NCBI GenBank assembly: GCA_030599585.1 | Contig: JAUVNS010000008.1 | Span: 128,001-192,000 of the forward strand | Length of the DNA stretch: 64,000 nucleotides | Source: Promethearchaeota archaeon | GTDB lineage: Archaea > Asgardarchaeota > Lokiarchaeia > Sigyniarchaeales > SOKP01 | Direction: 5' to 3' | Made by a program: the position numbers and the translations under genes | In this document: positions 1 through 7,603 of the stretch, in pieces | Layout: each line of letters opens with the position of its first letter | How positions within the stretch are numbered: the stretch's first letter is position 1 | The notes under the pieces: generated by a model | The model's input: only the letters and a program-made list of their open reading frames with translations | Told to the model about the DNA's origin: nothing | Databases searched by the model: none

Positions 1-623
1 GCTCCGCGCGAAATCCCAAACCTTTTTTCAATTTTTTTTAACCCCCCCTTTATCTGTAATCTCCTGAGTAAAAAACACACATCATAATGGATCTGGTTAA
101 AATCGATTCCCATTTCGTGTTGGATGAATGGAATATCAAAAGATTTACCGTAAAAAGTTGTTATTGCTGGAAATTTCGAAATAAACGCGGGAAATTCGTC
201 TAAGTTATCACCTCGGACAAAATCGTGAACGCTCACTCCATCGTAAACGGCAATAGTCGTTATATGGCTATAGTGAGGGCTTAAACCCGTGGTTTCAATA
301 TCAAGGTAAGCAATACTGTCAATTAAGTTTGGAATCATCTTCCAATGTTGTATTTTGGGTATAAGGCTTGTTAATTGGGAAATATCGAGGATTTTTAGCG
401 CTTCTATTGCTGAATTGACACCATTCCATATTGCGTTCCATTTTTGTTTTGGAAACAGTTCAGGACACTGCTTTTTTATCACATCGTTCCAACAGCATAT
501 CCCTAATTCTCTGAGTGTCGTTTCTGCCTTAACGCCAATCCCTTTTACAAAAGTAAACGAGTTAAACAGTGGATGGTCATTTTCTAAAGATAAATCGTCG
601 TCTCTTATCACGATTTCTTTCAC
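1..623 (-). CDS. YprB-like RNase H-fold (DEDD) exonuclease with N-terminal HhH motif; runs off window edge
   Basis: Not in the ORF track. Manual translation from GTG 623 (an in-frame TAA lies a few codons upstream): ...NSFTFVKGIGVKAETTLRELGICCWNDV...YLDIETTGLSPHYSHITTIAVYDG...TFYGKSFDIPFI...HYDVCFLLRRLQIKGGLKKIEKRFGISRG. Contains DIETTG, FxGKSFDIP and GGLKxIE motifs. Confidence 0.85.
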   Translation of the reverse strand, partial: MKEIVIRDDDLSLENDHPLFNSFTFVKGIGVKAETTLRELGICCWNDVIKKQCPELFPKQKWNAIWNGVNSAIEALKILDISQLTSLIPKIQHWKMIPNLIDSIAYLDIETTGLSPHYSHITTIAVYDGVSVHDFVRGDNLDEFPAFISKFPAITTFYGKSFDIPFIQHEMGIDFNQIHYDVCFLLRRLQIKGGLKKIEKRFGISRG

Positions 624-707
624 ACTATTAGTTTGAGATGTATTAAAGATAATTTTTTAGTAATAAGTTACAATTTGAAATCGCATATTTAAACTTTTTG
701 GGTAATG

Positions 708-738
708 TACGGAGCGTATCTAAATAATACGCAGCGTA
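708..738. promoter_or_regulatory. Pair of TACG-N3-CGTA palindromic boxes (candidate operator) upstream of the exonuclease gene
   Basis: TACGGAGCGTA at 708-718 and TACGCAGCGTA at 728-738, 20-bp period. They lie just upstream of a minus-strand TTTAAATA TATA-like box at 686-693. Confidence 0.45.
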
Positions 739-776
739 AGTAAAGTAAAACATAAATATTGGTTCCAACTTTTAAC

Positions 777-830
777 CAAAACAAAACAAAACAAAACAAA
801 AAAACAAAACAAAACAAAATCAAAACAAAA
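777..830 (-). repeat. (CAAAA)n microsatellite, about 10 copies; U-rich (TTTTG)n on minus strand, probable terminator of the micro-ORF transcript
   Basis: caaaacaaaacaaaacaaaacaaaaaaacaaaacaaaacaaaatcaaaacaaaa. Archaeal intrinsic terminators are oligo-U tracts; the terminator role is inferred. Confidence 0.7.
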
Positions 831-963
831 TCTCTGCTTTTGCATTCGTTCGCGATTGGTTTATCATTTTAGAAGAGATTTTATTTCCCCATCTGAATCT
901 CTTATTAAAAAATTGGTTGTAATTCTAAAAATAAAGTGGTTTAAAAATAGTTAAAAAAAATAA

Positions 964-1038
964 TTAATATCTTAATGTTGTAATATGATATCTCGTCGGG
1001 TTTAGGATTGTTTGGGTATCCATTTCTTTTCTTTTCAT
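964..1038 (-). CDS. Micro-ORF C, 24 aa: MKRKEMDTQTILNPTRYHITTLRY
   Basis: ATG at 1038, TAA at 966-964. AAGGT SD-like motif at 1051-1047, 8 nt upstream (accaAGGTAAAAgcatATG). Confidence 0.55.
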   Translation of the reverse strand: MKRKEMDTQTILNPTRYHITTLRY

Positions 1039-1154
1039 ATGCTTTTACCTTGGTTTTTTAATATGGTTTTTTAATTATGTGTAGTATTTGTCGTTAAATC
1101 GCAATTTTTTATTGTTATTAGGTTATTATTATAGAAAAAATGTGTTAATTACAT

Positions 1155-1226
1155 TTACATATCAAAACGGTCAGGAAAATATCCGCCGTTTCTGATGATT
1201 ATCGTTCTTTTCTCGCTATTTTTCAT
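1155..1226 (-). CDS. Micro-ORF B, 23 aa: MKNSEKRTIIIRNGGYFPDRFDM
   Basis: ATG at 1226, TAA at 1157-1155. GAGGT SD 8 nt upstream (gcGAGGTAAAAAAAAATG). Confidence 0.6.
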   Translation of the reverse strand: MKNSEKRTIIIRNGGYFPDRFDM

Positions 1227-1309
1227 TTTTTTTTACCTCGCTTTTTTTTTGGGTTTTGTTTATTTTCTTTTTTGGTTATTGGTGGAAAAATTATTAAAAA
1301 AAATTATTT

Positions 1310-1384
1310 CTAAAATCTTAAAACTAAATTTTCAGGATTGAAGTTTTTCGCAAATCTAACTTCTTTTATTTCGGTTCTTTCCAT
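1310..1384 (-). CDS. Micro-ORF A, 24 aa: MERTEIKEVRFAKNFNPENLVLRF
   Basis: ATG at 1384, TAG at 1312-1310. Strong AGGAGGT SD at 1400-1394, 9 nt upstream. Confidence 0.65.
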   Translation of the reverse strand: MERTEIKEVRFAKNFNPENLVLRF

Positions 1385-1457
1385 GATTTTTTTACCTCCT
1401 TTTTTTGGTTTTTTTTTTTTTTTTAATTCCTGGTGTTTTATTTTTAAAATTTTTTAA

Positions 1458-1745
1458 TTAAAAATTGATTAGATTATTTCTATATGCCAAAATTCTCGTA
1501 TCAAGGTTCGCATTCACAGCGTTTATGCATTTGACTTCCTCGTTAATTTTCGCATTTAATTTAACTTTATTGAACACTTTCCTAAGTTTCTTTTTAATCG
1601 ATTGTGATTCAAGTTTTTCAGTCGTAGCCTTCCTGACCAGCACCTGAGGCCGTAGCACCTCAGGTGCTTGGAGTTGGAAAGGAACCTGGCTATCGATGCT
1701 GGCGCTTTTTTCCTCTGCTTGTTTTTTTATTGTTGCTTGAGCCAT
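1458..1745 (-). CDS. Small basic hypothetical protein, 95 aa (MAQATIKKQ...YRNNLINF); first gene of the micro-ORF array
   Basis: ORF track 1458..1757. ATG at 1745 is preceded by the SD-like AGGATGTGA and a long A-rich leader. No recognisable family. Confidence 0.6.
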   Translation of the reverse strand: MAQATIKKQAEEKSASIDSQVPFQLQAPEVLRPQVLVRKATTEKLESQSIKKKLRKVFNKVKLNAKINEEVKCINAVNANLDTRILAYRNNLINF

Positions 1746-1811
1746 TTTTCTTATCACATCCTTTTTTTTTTTTTTCAGTTTTCTTTTTTTTGTTTCTAAT
1801 TTTATTTAGTT

Positions 1812-1888
1812 CCGAAGTTTAATATAGTTTGACTTCTTGAAGTTCGAACGAACTTCGAACTTCGGTGCGAATCGCAAACCTTAAATAC
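1812..1888. promoter_or_regulatory. Divergent promoter region with inverted-repeat operator GAAGTTCGAA-N5-TTCGAACTTC
   Basis: Perfect 10-bp arms at 1839-1848 and 1854-1863. Additional GAAGTT/AACTTC half-sites (CCGAAGTT 1812-1819 vs AACTTCGG 1858-1865). Minus-strand TATA-like TATATTAAA near 1818-1826; plus-strand aaaccTTAAATA at 1877-1887. Confidence 0.6.
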
Positions 1889-1909
1889 CTACAAGACCAT
1901 AATATAACT

Positions 1910-4876
1910 ATGAGTATAACAAAATATCCACCTGAAGGTATAATTACACCTATGAAAATCAACAAAGATTTTGAATATATTATACTCTGGATGCTCTATA
2001 ACAACGATCACTGCACTTGGTCTGAATTTAAGTCAAAACCTGTAAACATTAGTCCAGCGACATTATCAAAATACTTGAATATTTTGATAAGTAACGGTCT
2101 TATTGAGAAGGAAAAGAAAGGAGAGTATAGGATTACCCCTGAAGGTCGGATACAATATGCGGAGTTACAGGTTAAAGGCTCATTGGAGAAATCTCTGAAT
2201 TATCCTCCTGAGATTATAACAAAAACTAGGGAATATGATCATTGGATTCTCTGGATGCTTTATAATAATGCGTATTGTAAGTGGTCCGATTTTATTGAAC
2301 CCCCTCTTTCAATCAATCAATCTTCATTATCAAAAAACCTGAATCTTTTATTAGATAAAGATCTCATTGAAAAAAATAATCGTGAGTATAGAGTTACAAG
2401 GGACGGTGAAATAGAGTACTTCAAAGTGTTAAAAACATATGATTTAGATCGCCAATCAATATTGGACGAAGAAAGCAAAAGAGTTGAAGTCATTACAGAT
2501 AAGGTTGGCAAATTCTTTGACGAATACAAGATAGAAGATGATGAGATTAGATATCGTTTCTTGAACATGGTCTTAAGGTTAGATTATACTAAGGTTGAGG
2601 CTACTTTGTCAGACGAGGTAGATTTTGATAAAATTTTGTTATTTTTATCGATAAATCACCCTAACAATTATCCTAATTATATTACAGCAAAAGATTTTGC
2701 GTTAGAGTATGATATAAAGCTAACAACATTGGACTTTTTTATAGAAAAAATCGTGGAAGATAAACTTTACGCGATTAAATTCTTTAAATTAAATGTTGAC
2801 AGTAAAATTACATATTACATCCAAGCTGAAGAAAGATTAGAAAAAATGTTAGGCGTAATCATTGAAGACTATATTAGGAAGTTCACATATTTGAGTAAGT
2901 TTCAGAAAAAAAATGGAGATCAATATCAAACGCCTGATATCAACCAATTACTCTACAATGTCCTAGAAGATTTATGTAATAATCTATTCAATGAAGGATT
3001 GAAACAGCCACTCAGGAAATTTTTAATCGAATATATTGAACATTTAGCATATAAATTTGAAACAGAGAAGAGTTTAATTAACCATACAGATAAAATAAAG
3101 GGGATTGCGTTTCAAAATGTGTTTGAAGTAATACAAAGCTTTGGAACATCGGAGACGGTGAATACGATAAGCACCCCTCCTGATAATGAATCCTTTTACT
3201 TTTTGCACAATAGAATTTTTGACACATTGGACATACTGTATTTATCGAAAATAGATTATATTCGAACCGCTGAGTTCAAAGAGACATATTTTCCGAAAAA
3301 TGGAGAATTTTTAACGAAGATTGAGCGTAAATTGGCGAAAGGAAGAGTATTGAAAGTAAACGAACTGCTTACTGCTAATCTTAAGAATCTAAGCGAAATA
3401 GAATTGATGATCCTGAAGGATTTAATTTACACATATAACGGAGAATTAGAAGAGTCACTAAACCTAACAAAAGAAATCATAGAAGCTCATCCTAACGAAT
3501 ATGTAGGGTATCTTTTTCAAGCCATTTCATATTTTTTTATGGGAAGATTCAAGGAAGCGTTGGATATTATCGAATTAGGTTTGAACATGTCCTATAATGT
3601 CTTGTTGATCTCTCAAAAAGCGCAAATTCTCATTAATTCCGATCACAAAAAAGCACTTGAAGTCGTAGATGAAGTTATTGAAGATTATCCAGATAATTTC
3701 GCTTTAGCACGCACGAAATTTCTAATTGAAATGACGGATAAAGAATGCTGCATACGAAATATTGACGAACCTTTGAATTTGATAAATTCACTTATAAGCT
3801 CGAATCCTGACGATTCAGAACTCTCAATACTAAAAGCGATATTATACATTGTGACCAATAAGTATAAGGAAGCAAAAAACTGGATTAAACAGACCGTAGA
3901 ATTCAATTTACTTAAAGGTAGTCCGAGAGTTGATACTGCTGCGTACTTAATACTATCATATTCATATTTAGCTAGGGGTAAATTTGAAAAGGCTTTAGAT
4001 ATTGTCAGCAAAGTCAGATTTCACTATCCAAATCACCCACTTTCACATATTATTACTGGTTTAGTTCACGGATTCAACATAGTCTACAAATTCGATCCAA
4101 GTAAAGCAAACAAAGAGCTATTTAGAGAAGAATTTCAGAAAGCAGAAGCAAATGAACAGAGTAAGAAGAAGTTGTCTAGGTATTATCAACTGGAAAGTTA
4201 TATTTTGAATGAGATAGATGGTCTTGAAGAGGCAATAAAAGTAATCGATAAAGCAATTAAATTAAGTCCGGAGCACTACGATATTCATAGCACAAAAGCC
4301 CATCTATATTTAGCCTATAGCGATAAAGGAGAAGAAGTTTTAGCATTTTACGATGAATTATTAGAGAAATTCCCTACTGAAGATAAAAGCATTCGCCAGA
4401 TGAAATCATTCTCTTATTTTGCGATGGGAAATGTAACAGAAGGAATTAAAATTCTTAAAGAAGGTCTTAAAGTTTACCCTGATGCGATAGGAATGTTAAA
4501 CAACCTCGCCGTATTCTTAAGTGATACAGGAAAATTTGAAGAAGCTTTGGAGACAATTGAAAAAGCTATTGAAATTGACCCACTCGAAGCAAATCTATAC
4601 GATACATACGGAGAAATATTAATGTTTGGTAAGGATTACAAATCAGCTATAGAAAAATTTTATCAAGCGTTAGAGATGAGTCCAACGGGATGGTTTAGGT
4701 TTCATACATTCTTAAAACTCTCGAAATGTTATCAAAGTCTAGGAATGCTTGAGGAAGCTACAACCTGCCACGATAAAGCAAAAATTTTAACGGAAAAAGT
4801 TATACCTGGAAAAAGAAAGGTATATTTAGATCAATTAGAAGCGAGTTTTGAAGATTTAACCACTTCTGAAAAGTAA
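1910..4876 (+). CDS. Large regulator: two tandem N-terminal winged-HTH (MarR/ArsR-like) repeats plus C-terminal TPR array
   Basis: Internal duplication YPP..I..(F/Y)..ILWMLYNN..C.WS.F...P..I....LSK.LN.L....LIEK....Y..T.(E/D)G, present twice. C-terminal TPRs such as LNNLAVFLSDTGKFEEALETIEKAIEIDP and YDTYGEILMFGKDYKSAIEKFYQALEMSP. Start moved to ATG 1910, about 22 nt after the TATA-like box (leaderless-type spacing). Confidence 0.85.
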   Translation: MSITKYPPEGIITPMKINKDFEYIILWMLYNNDHCTWSEFKSKPVNISPATLSKYLNILISNGLIEKEKKGEYRITPEGRIQYAELQVKGSLEKSLNYPPEIITKTREYDHWILWMLYNNAYCKWSDFIEPPLSINQSSLSKNLNLLLDKDLIEKNNREYRVTRDGEIEYFKVLKTYDLDRQSILDEESKRVEVITDKVGKFFDEYKIEDDEIRYRFLNMVLRLDYTKVEATLSDEVDFDKILLFLSINHPNNYPNYITAKDFALEYDIKLTTLDFFIEKIVEDKLYAIKFFKLNVDSKITYYIQAEERLEKMLGVIIEDYIRKFTYLSKFQKKNGDQYQTPDINQLLYNVLEDLCNNLFNEGLKQPLRKFLIEYIEHLAYKFETEKSLINHTDKIKGIAFQNVFEVIQSFGTSETVNTISTPPDNESFYFLHNRIFDTLDILYLSKIDYIRTAEFKETYFPKNGEFLTKIERKLAKGRVLKVNELLTANLKNLSEIELMILKDLIYTYNGELEESLNLTKEIIEAHPNEYVGYLFQAISYFFMGRFKEALDIIELGLNMSYNVLLISQKAQILINSDHKKALEVVDEVIEDYPDNFALARTKFLIEMTDKECCIRNIDEPLNLINSLISSNPDDSELSILKAILYIVTNKYKEAKNWIKQTVEFNLLKGSPRVDTAAYLILSYSYLARGKFEKALDIVSKVRFHYPNHPLSHIITGLVHGFNIVYKFDPSKANKELFREEFQKAEANEQSKKKLSRYYQLESYILNEIDGLEEAIKVIDKAIKLSPEHYDIHSTKAHLYLAYSDKGEEVLAFYDELLEKFPTEDKSIRQMKSFSYFAMGNVTEGIKILKEGLKVYPDAIGMLNNLAVFLSDTGKFEEALETIEKAIEIDPLEANLYDTYGEILMFGKDYKSAIEKFYQALEMSPTGWFRFHTFLKLSKCYQSLGMLEEATTCHDKAKILTEKVIPGKRKVYLDQLEASFEDLTTSEK

Positions 4877-4908
4877 ATCAACTTTACTTAATATATTTTT
4901 TCTATTTT

Positions 4909-6039
4909 TTATTTTTTATGTTCTTTTACGAGTTTTACCAAGTCTGCTTTCCTATAAGAAGCGAGCACTTTAAGATCGTTTTCAATACAATATTCTTTTA
5001 GTTTTTTTACCGTCCACTTGTTATAATCAAGCGGTTGTTCAGTGATTTCTTGAAGGGGTCCACCTCGGATGAGGTTAATAATTTGCGCTTTTCTATAGGA
5101 TGTTGGAACTGAAATGTTGTTTTCTTTGCAGTATAGTTTCAATTTCTTTACTGTCCAGGAATTGTAGTCTATTTCGTCTTTCTCTTCTATAATTTTTTCT
5201 TCAATTTTGGAAGTATCAAGTTTTTGGAGAATTTCTATTCCCTCAATACTACCAGAATTGGAATCAACATAGAGTCTTATAGTTCGATCTTTAAGTTCAA
5301 TTGGTCCTTCTGGTATTGAACTAACAGGTTCCCATTCGGTTTCCTCTATCTCTTTCCCGAAAACTTTTGCTTTTTTGACTGCTGCTCCGTAAATTTGAAA
5401 ATTCCCTAAAATCAAATTTTGTCTTTTAAAAGTAGCGGGAACTTTGTTTTTCACAATTTTATTAATCAATTTTTTATTATCTAACTTAGGTGGTTTGATT
5501 GTCTGTTGAGGTTTAGGGGCAATGACATAATCCTTCTTTTTTCCAATTAATGTGGATTTAACGTCACCATTAAGAGTCGGAGGTGGACCTTGCCATCCGT
5601 GAACCTTTTTATCTTTAGTTTCTGCAGATTCCTTGAGAGAAGACTGGTGTAAATGTTTAAACTCTATAGAGTTTCTTTCTAAGATTTCAGGAACTTCGGC
5701 TGTTTTAAAATTAAAGGCTCTCATAAATTCGTTGGGTTCATCTCCTTGATCTACTGAAATAATCTTACATCGATGGAAGTGGCTGTTAACAACTAAATCG
5801 TTTTGTAATTCAGCGGCAATCCGAGATGCTATAAATTTTTTCCTGACATGTGAATTGACGCCTTTCCAGATATAGATTCTCCTTAACCCCTCCTTGACAA
5901 TTATTAACACTTGGTTCGGATCTAATACATCTTGACCATTATTCAACAGAAAGGTATCTTCAGAAATATCTAACTTGACTTTTTCTCCGGTACTTTCTAG
6001 TCCAAAGATCATAAAGTTCTCATAAATTTCAGACATCAT
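4909..6039 (-). CDS. Single gelsolin/villin-like domain protein with two C-terminal SAP/HeH-like repeats
   Basis: Gelsolin-like segment VLDPNQVLIIV..RRIYIWKGVNSHVRKKFIA..IISVDQGDEPNEF. C-terminal repeats DYNSWTVKKLKLYCKENNISVPTSYRKAQIINLI and DYNKWTVKKLKEYCIENDLKVLASYRKADLVKLV. Confidence 0.75.
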   Translation of the reverse strand: MMSEIYENFMIFGLESTGEKVKLDISEDTFLLNNGQDVLDPNQVLIIVKEGLRRIYIWKGVNSHVRKKFIASRIAAELQNDLVVNSHFHRCKIISVDQGDEPNEFMRAFNFKTAEVPEILERNSIEFKHLHQSSLKESAETKDKKVHGWQGPPPTLNGDVKSTLIGKKKDYVIAPKPQQTIKPPKLDNKKLINKIVKNKVPATFKRQNLILGNFQIYGAAVKKAKVFGKEIEETEWEPVSSIPEGPIELKDRTIRLYVDSNSGSIEGIEILQKLDTSKIEEKIIEEKDEIDYNSWTVKKLKLYCKENNISVPTSYRKAQIINLIRGGPLQEITEQPLDYNKWTVKKLKEYCIENDLKVLASYRKADLVKLVKEHKK

Positions 6040-6358
6040 TAAATACGATTTTTTTTTAAAATTTAAAAATGAGACAACTCTTACGAATTTTGAAAATCCA
6101 TTCTCTTTGTACTCAAATTAATATTGTAATAAATTTAAAATTGCTAAATACAACATCTTGTATTAACATTTAAAATTATTGAAATAGAAAATTTCGCACA
6201 TATATAAACACGTAAAGTAAATTAATTCTGCACAAATCATGCTCAATCTGCTTTTTAGTATAGTTTATTAGTCATTATCTATTTTAATCGTTAAGTTTAG
6301 GGATATTTAGTTTATTCTTATCTAATTCCTCTCGAAAATTGTTTAAGGTTATTAATTT

Positions 6359-7573
6359 ATGAATGAGAACAACAACCGAAAACTCTTCAAATATAAAATG
6401 TTAACACCTTTATGGATTGCGATCTTTATAGATGTTTTAGGCTTCACAATTCTTTTTCCAATGGTAGGTTATTTTAGCGAGCTTTTCAATACTTCGCAAA
6501 CGATGATTGGTTTAATTTTTTCTGTTAATGCTATGTTTGGTTTTGTTTTTGGACCTATTTTAGCAAAACTCAGTGATAAATACGGAAGAAAGCCGCTATT
6601 ATTAATTTCTCAATTTGGAACACTTTTGGCTTTTATATTAACCGCTTTTTCAGGCAATTTAATGATGTTAGTAATAGCGCGTATGATTGACGGCATGTTT
6701 GGAGGAAATTTCCCTATTGCAAAAGCTATTATTAGCGATAGAGTCCCACCAAAAGATCGGGGTATTCAAATGGCTAATGTGGGAATTGCGCATGTTTTAG
6801 CTTCATTAATTGGCCCAGCCATAGGTGGATTTTTCTTCACATATTTTGGGCTTTTAGGACCTGGATTATTTGCAGCGGGATTTACAGTTATTACGATTAT
6901 AGTTACTATAGTTATGTTGGAGGAAACCTGGACAAAAGAAGATAGAGCTCAGAACCATCGAGAGAAACTTGAAACTTCGCTTAAAATAAGGAATAATAAA
7001 AACGCTCTGTTCATGTTAGTTCTCTGGGCTTTTCATACGATTTCATTCACCACAGTTATGACTTCTATATCCTTTTTTAGTGCTAGCGTTTTGCATCTCG
7101 AACCACTTGAAATGTCTTTTCTATTTATGATCTCTGGCATTTTTAGAGCTGGAGTGAGATTTACACTTTTTAAACCCACGATAAGAAAACTTGGGGAGAG
7201 TAATGCAATACGATTAGGATTAGCTATGTTTGTTGTAAGCTTTTTTTTATTAGGTTTTTCTACAAATGTTATCGCTGTCATAATACTTTTTATGTTTATC
7301 AGTTTTGCTGCCTCCTTAACCCGGGGGCCTTTGAATAGTAAAATTAGTCAAACAGCATCTCCTCAGGAACAAGGCAAAATAAATGGACTTTCTTCCGCAT
7401 TGGATAGCGTCGCCCAGATATTGGGGCCCTTAATTGGACCTTTTATACTTGACACACTACCACCGTATTGGTTAGGGATAGTTGTTTCATTAATCGCATT
7501 ACCAGCACTTCTAATGTCCACGAGGAAAATAGAGAAAAAAAAATATGATCTCTCAAAGAACGCATTACTTTAA
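6359..7573 (+). CDS. MFS transporter, DHA1/TetA-like efflux family
   Basis: IFIDVLGF, motif A (AKLSDKYGRKP), ARMIDG and GPAIGG motifs; about 12 hydrophobic segments. Confidence 0.9.
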   Translation: MNENNNRKLFKYKMLTPLWIAIFIDVLGFTILFPMVGYFSELFNTSQTMIGLIFSVNAMFGFVFGPILAKLSDKYGRKPLLLISQFGTLLAFILTAFSGNLMMLVIARMIDGMFGGNFPIAKAIISDRVPPKDRGIQMANVGIAHVLASLIGPAIGGFFFTYFGLLGPGLFAAGFTVITIIVTIVMLEETWTKEDRAQNHREKLETSLKIRNNKNALFMLVLWAFHTISFTTVMTSISFFSASVLHLEPLEMSFLFMISGIFRAGVRFTLFKPTIRKLGESNAIRLGLAMFVVSFFLLGFSTNVIAVIILFMFISFAASLTRGPLNSKISQTASPQEQGKINGLSSALDSVAQILGPLIGPFILDTLPPYWLGIVVSLIALPALLMSTRKIEKKKYDLSKNALL

Positions 7574-7603
7574 TCTTAAACAAAAATAGAAAAAGTAGGA
7601 ATT

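Noticed and set aside
355-636. 93-aa plus-strand ORF in the track
   Set aside because: Antisense shadow of the minus-strand YprB-like exonuclease, which has clear motifs.
777-830. CAAAA repeats and the regularly spaced units at 960-1400 as a CRISPR array or origin iterons
   Set aside because: No conserved 24-47-nt repeat with unique spacers, no cas genes, no ORB-like G-string motif and no cdc6/orc1 nearby.
820-867. Possible fourth micro-ORF MINQSRTNAKAEILF (minus strand, also ending in Phe)
   Set aside because: No SD motif, shorter than the others and runs into the TTTTG repeat. Not supported enough to list, but worth checking alongside the array.
1865-1909. GTG start for the TPR regulator
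   Set aside because: It lies upstream of the TATA-like box and at the operator edge; ATG 1910 fits leaderless spacing.
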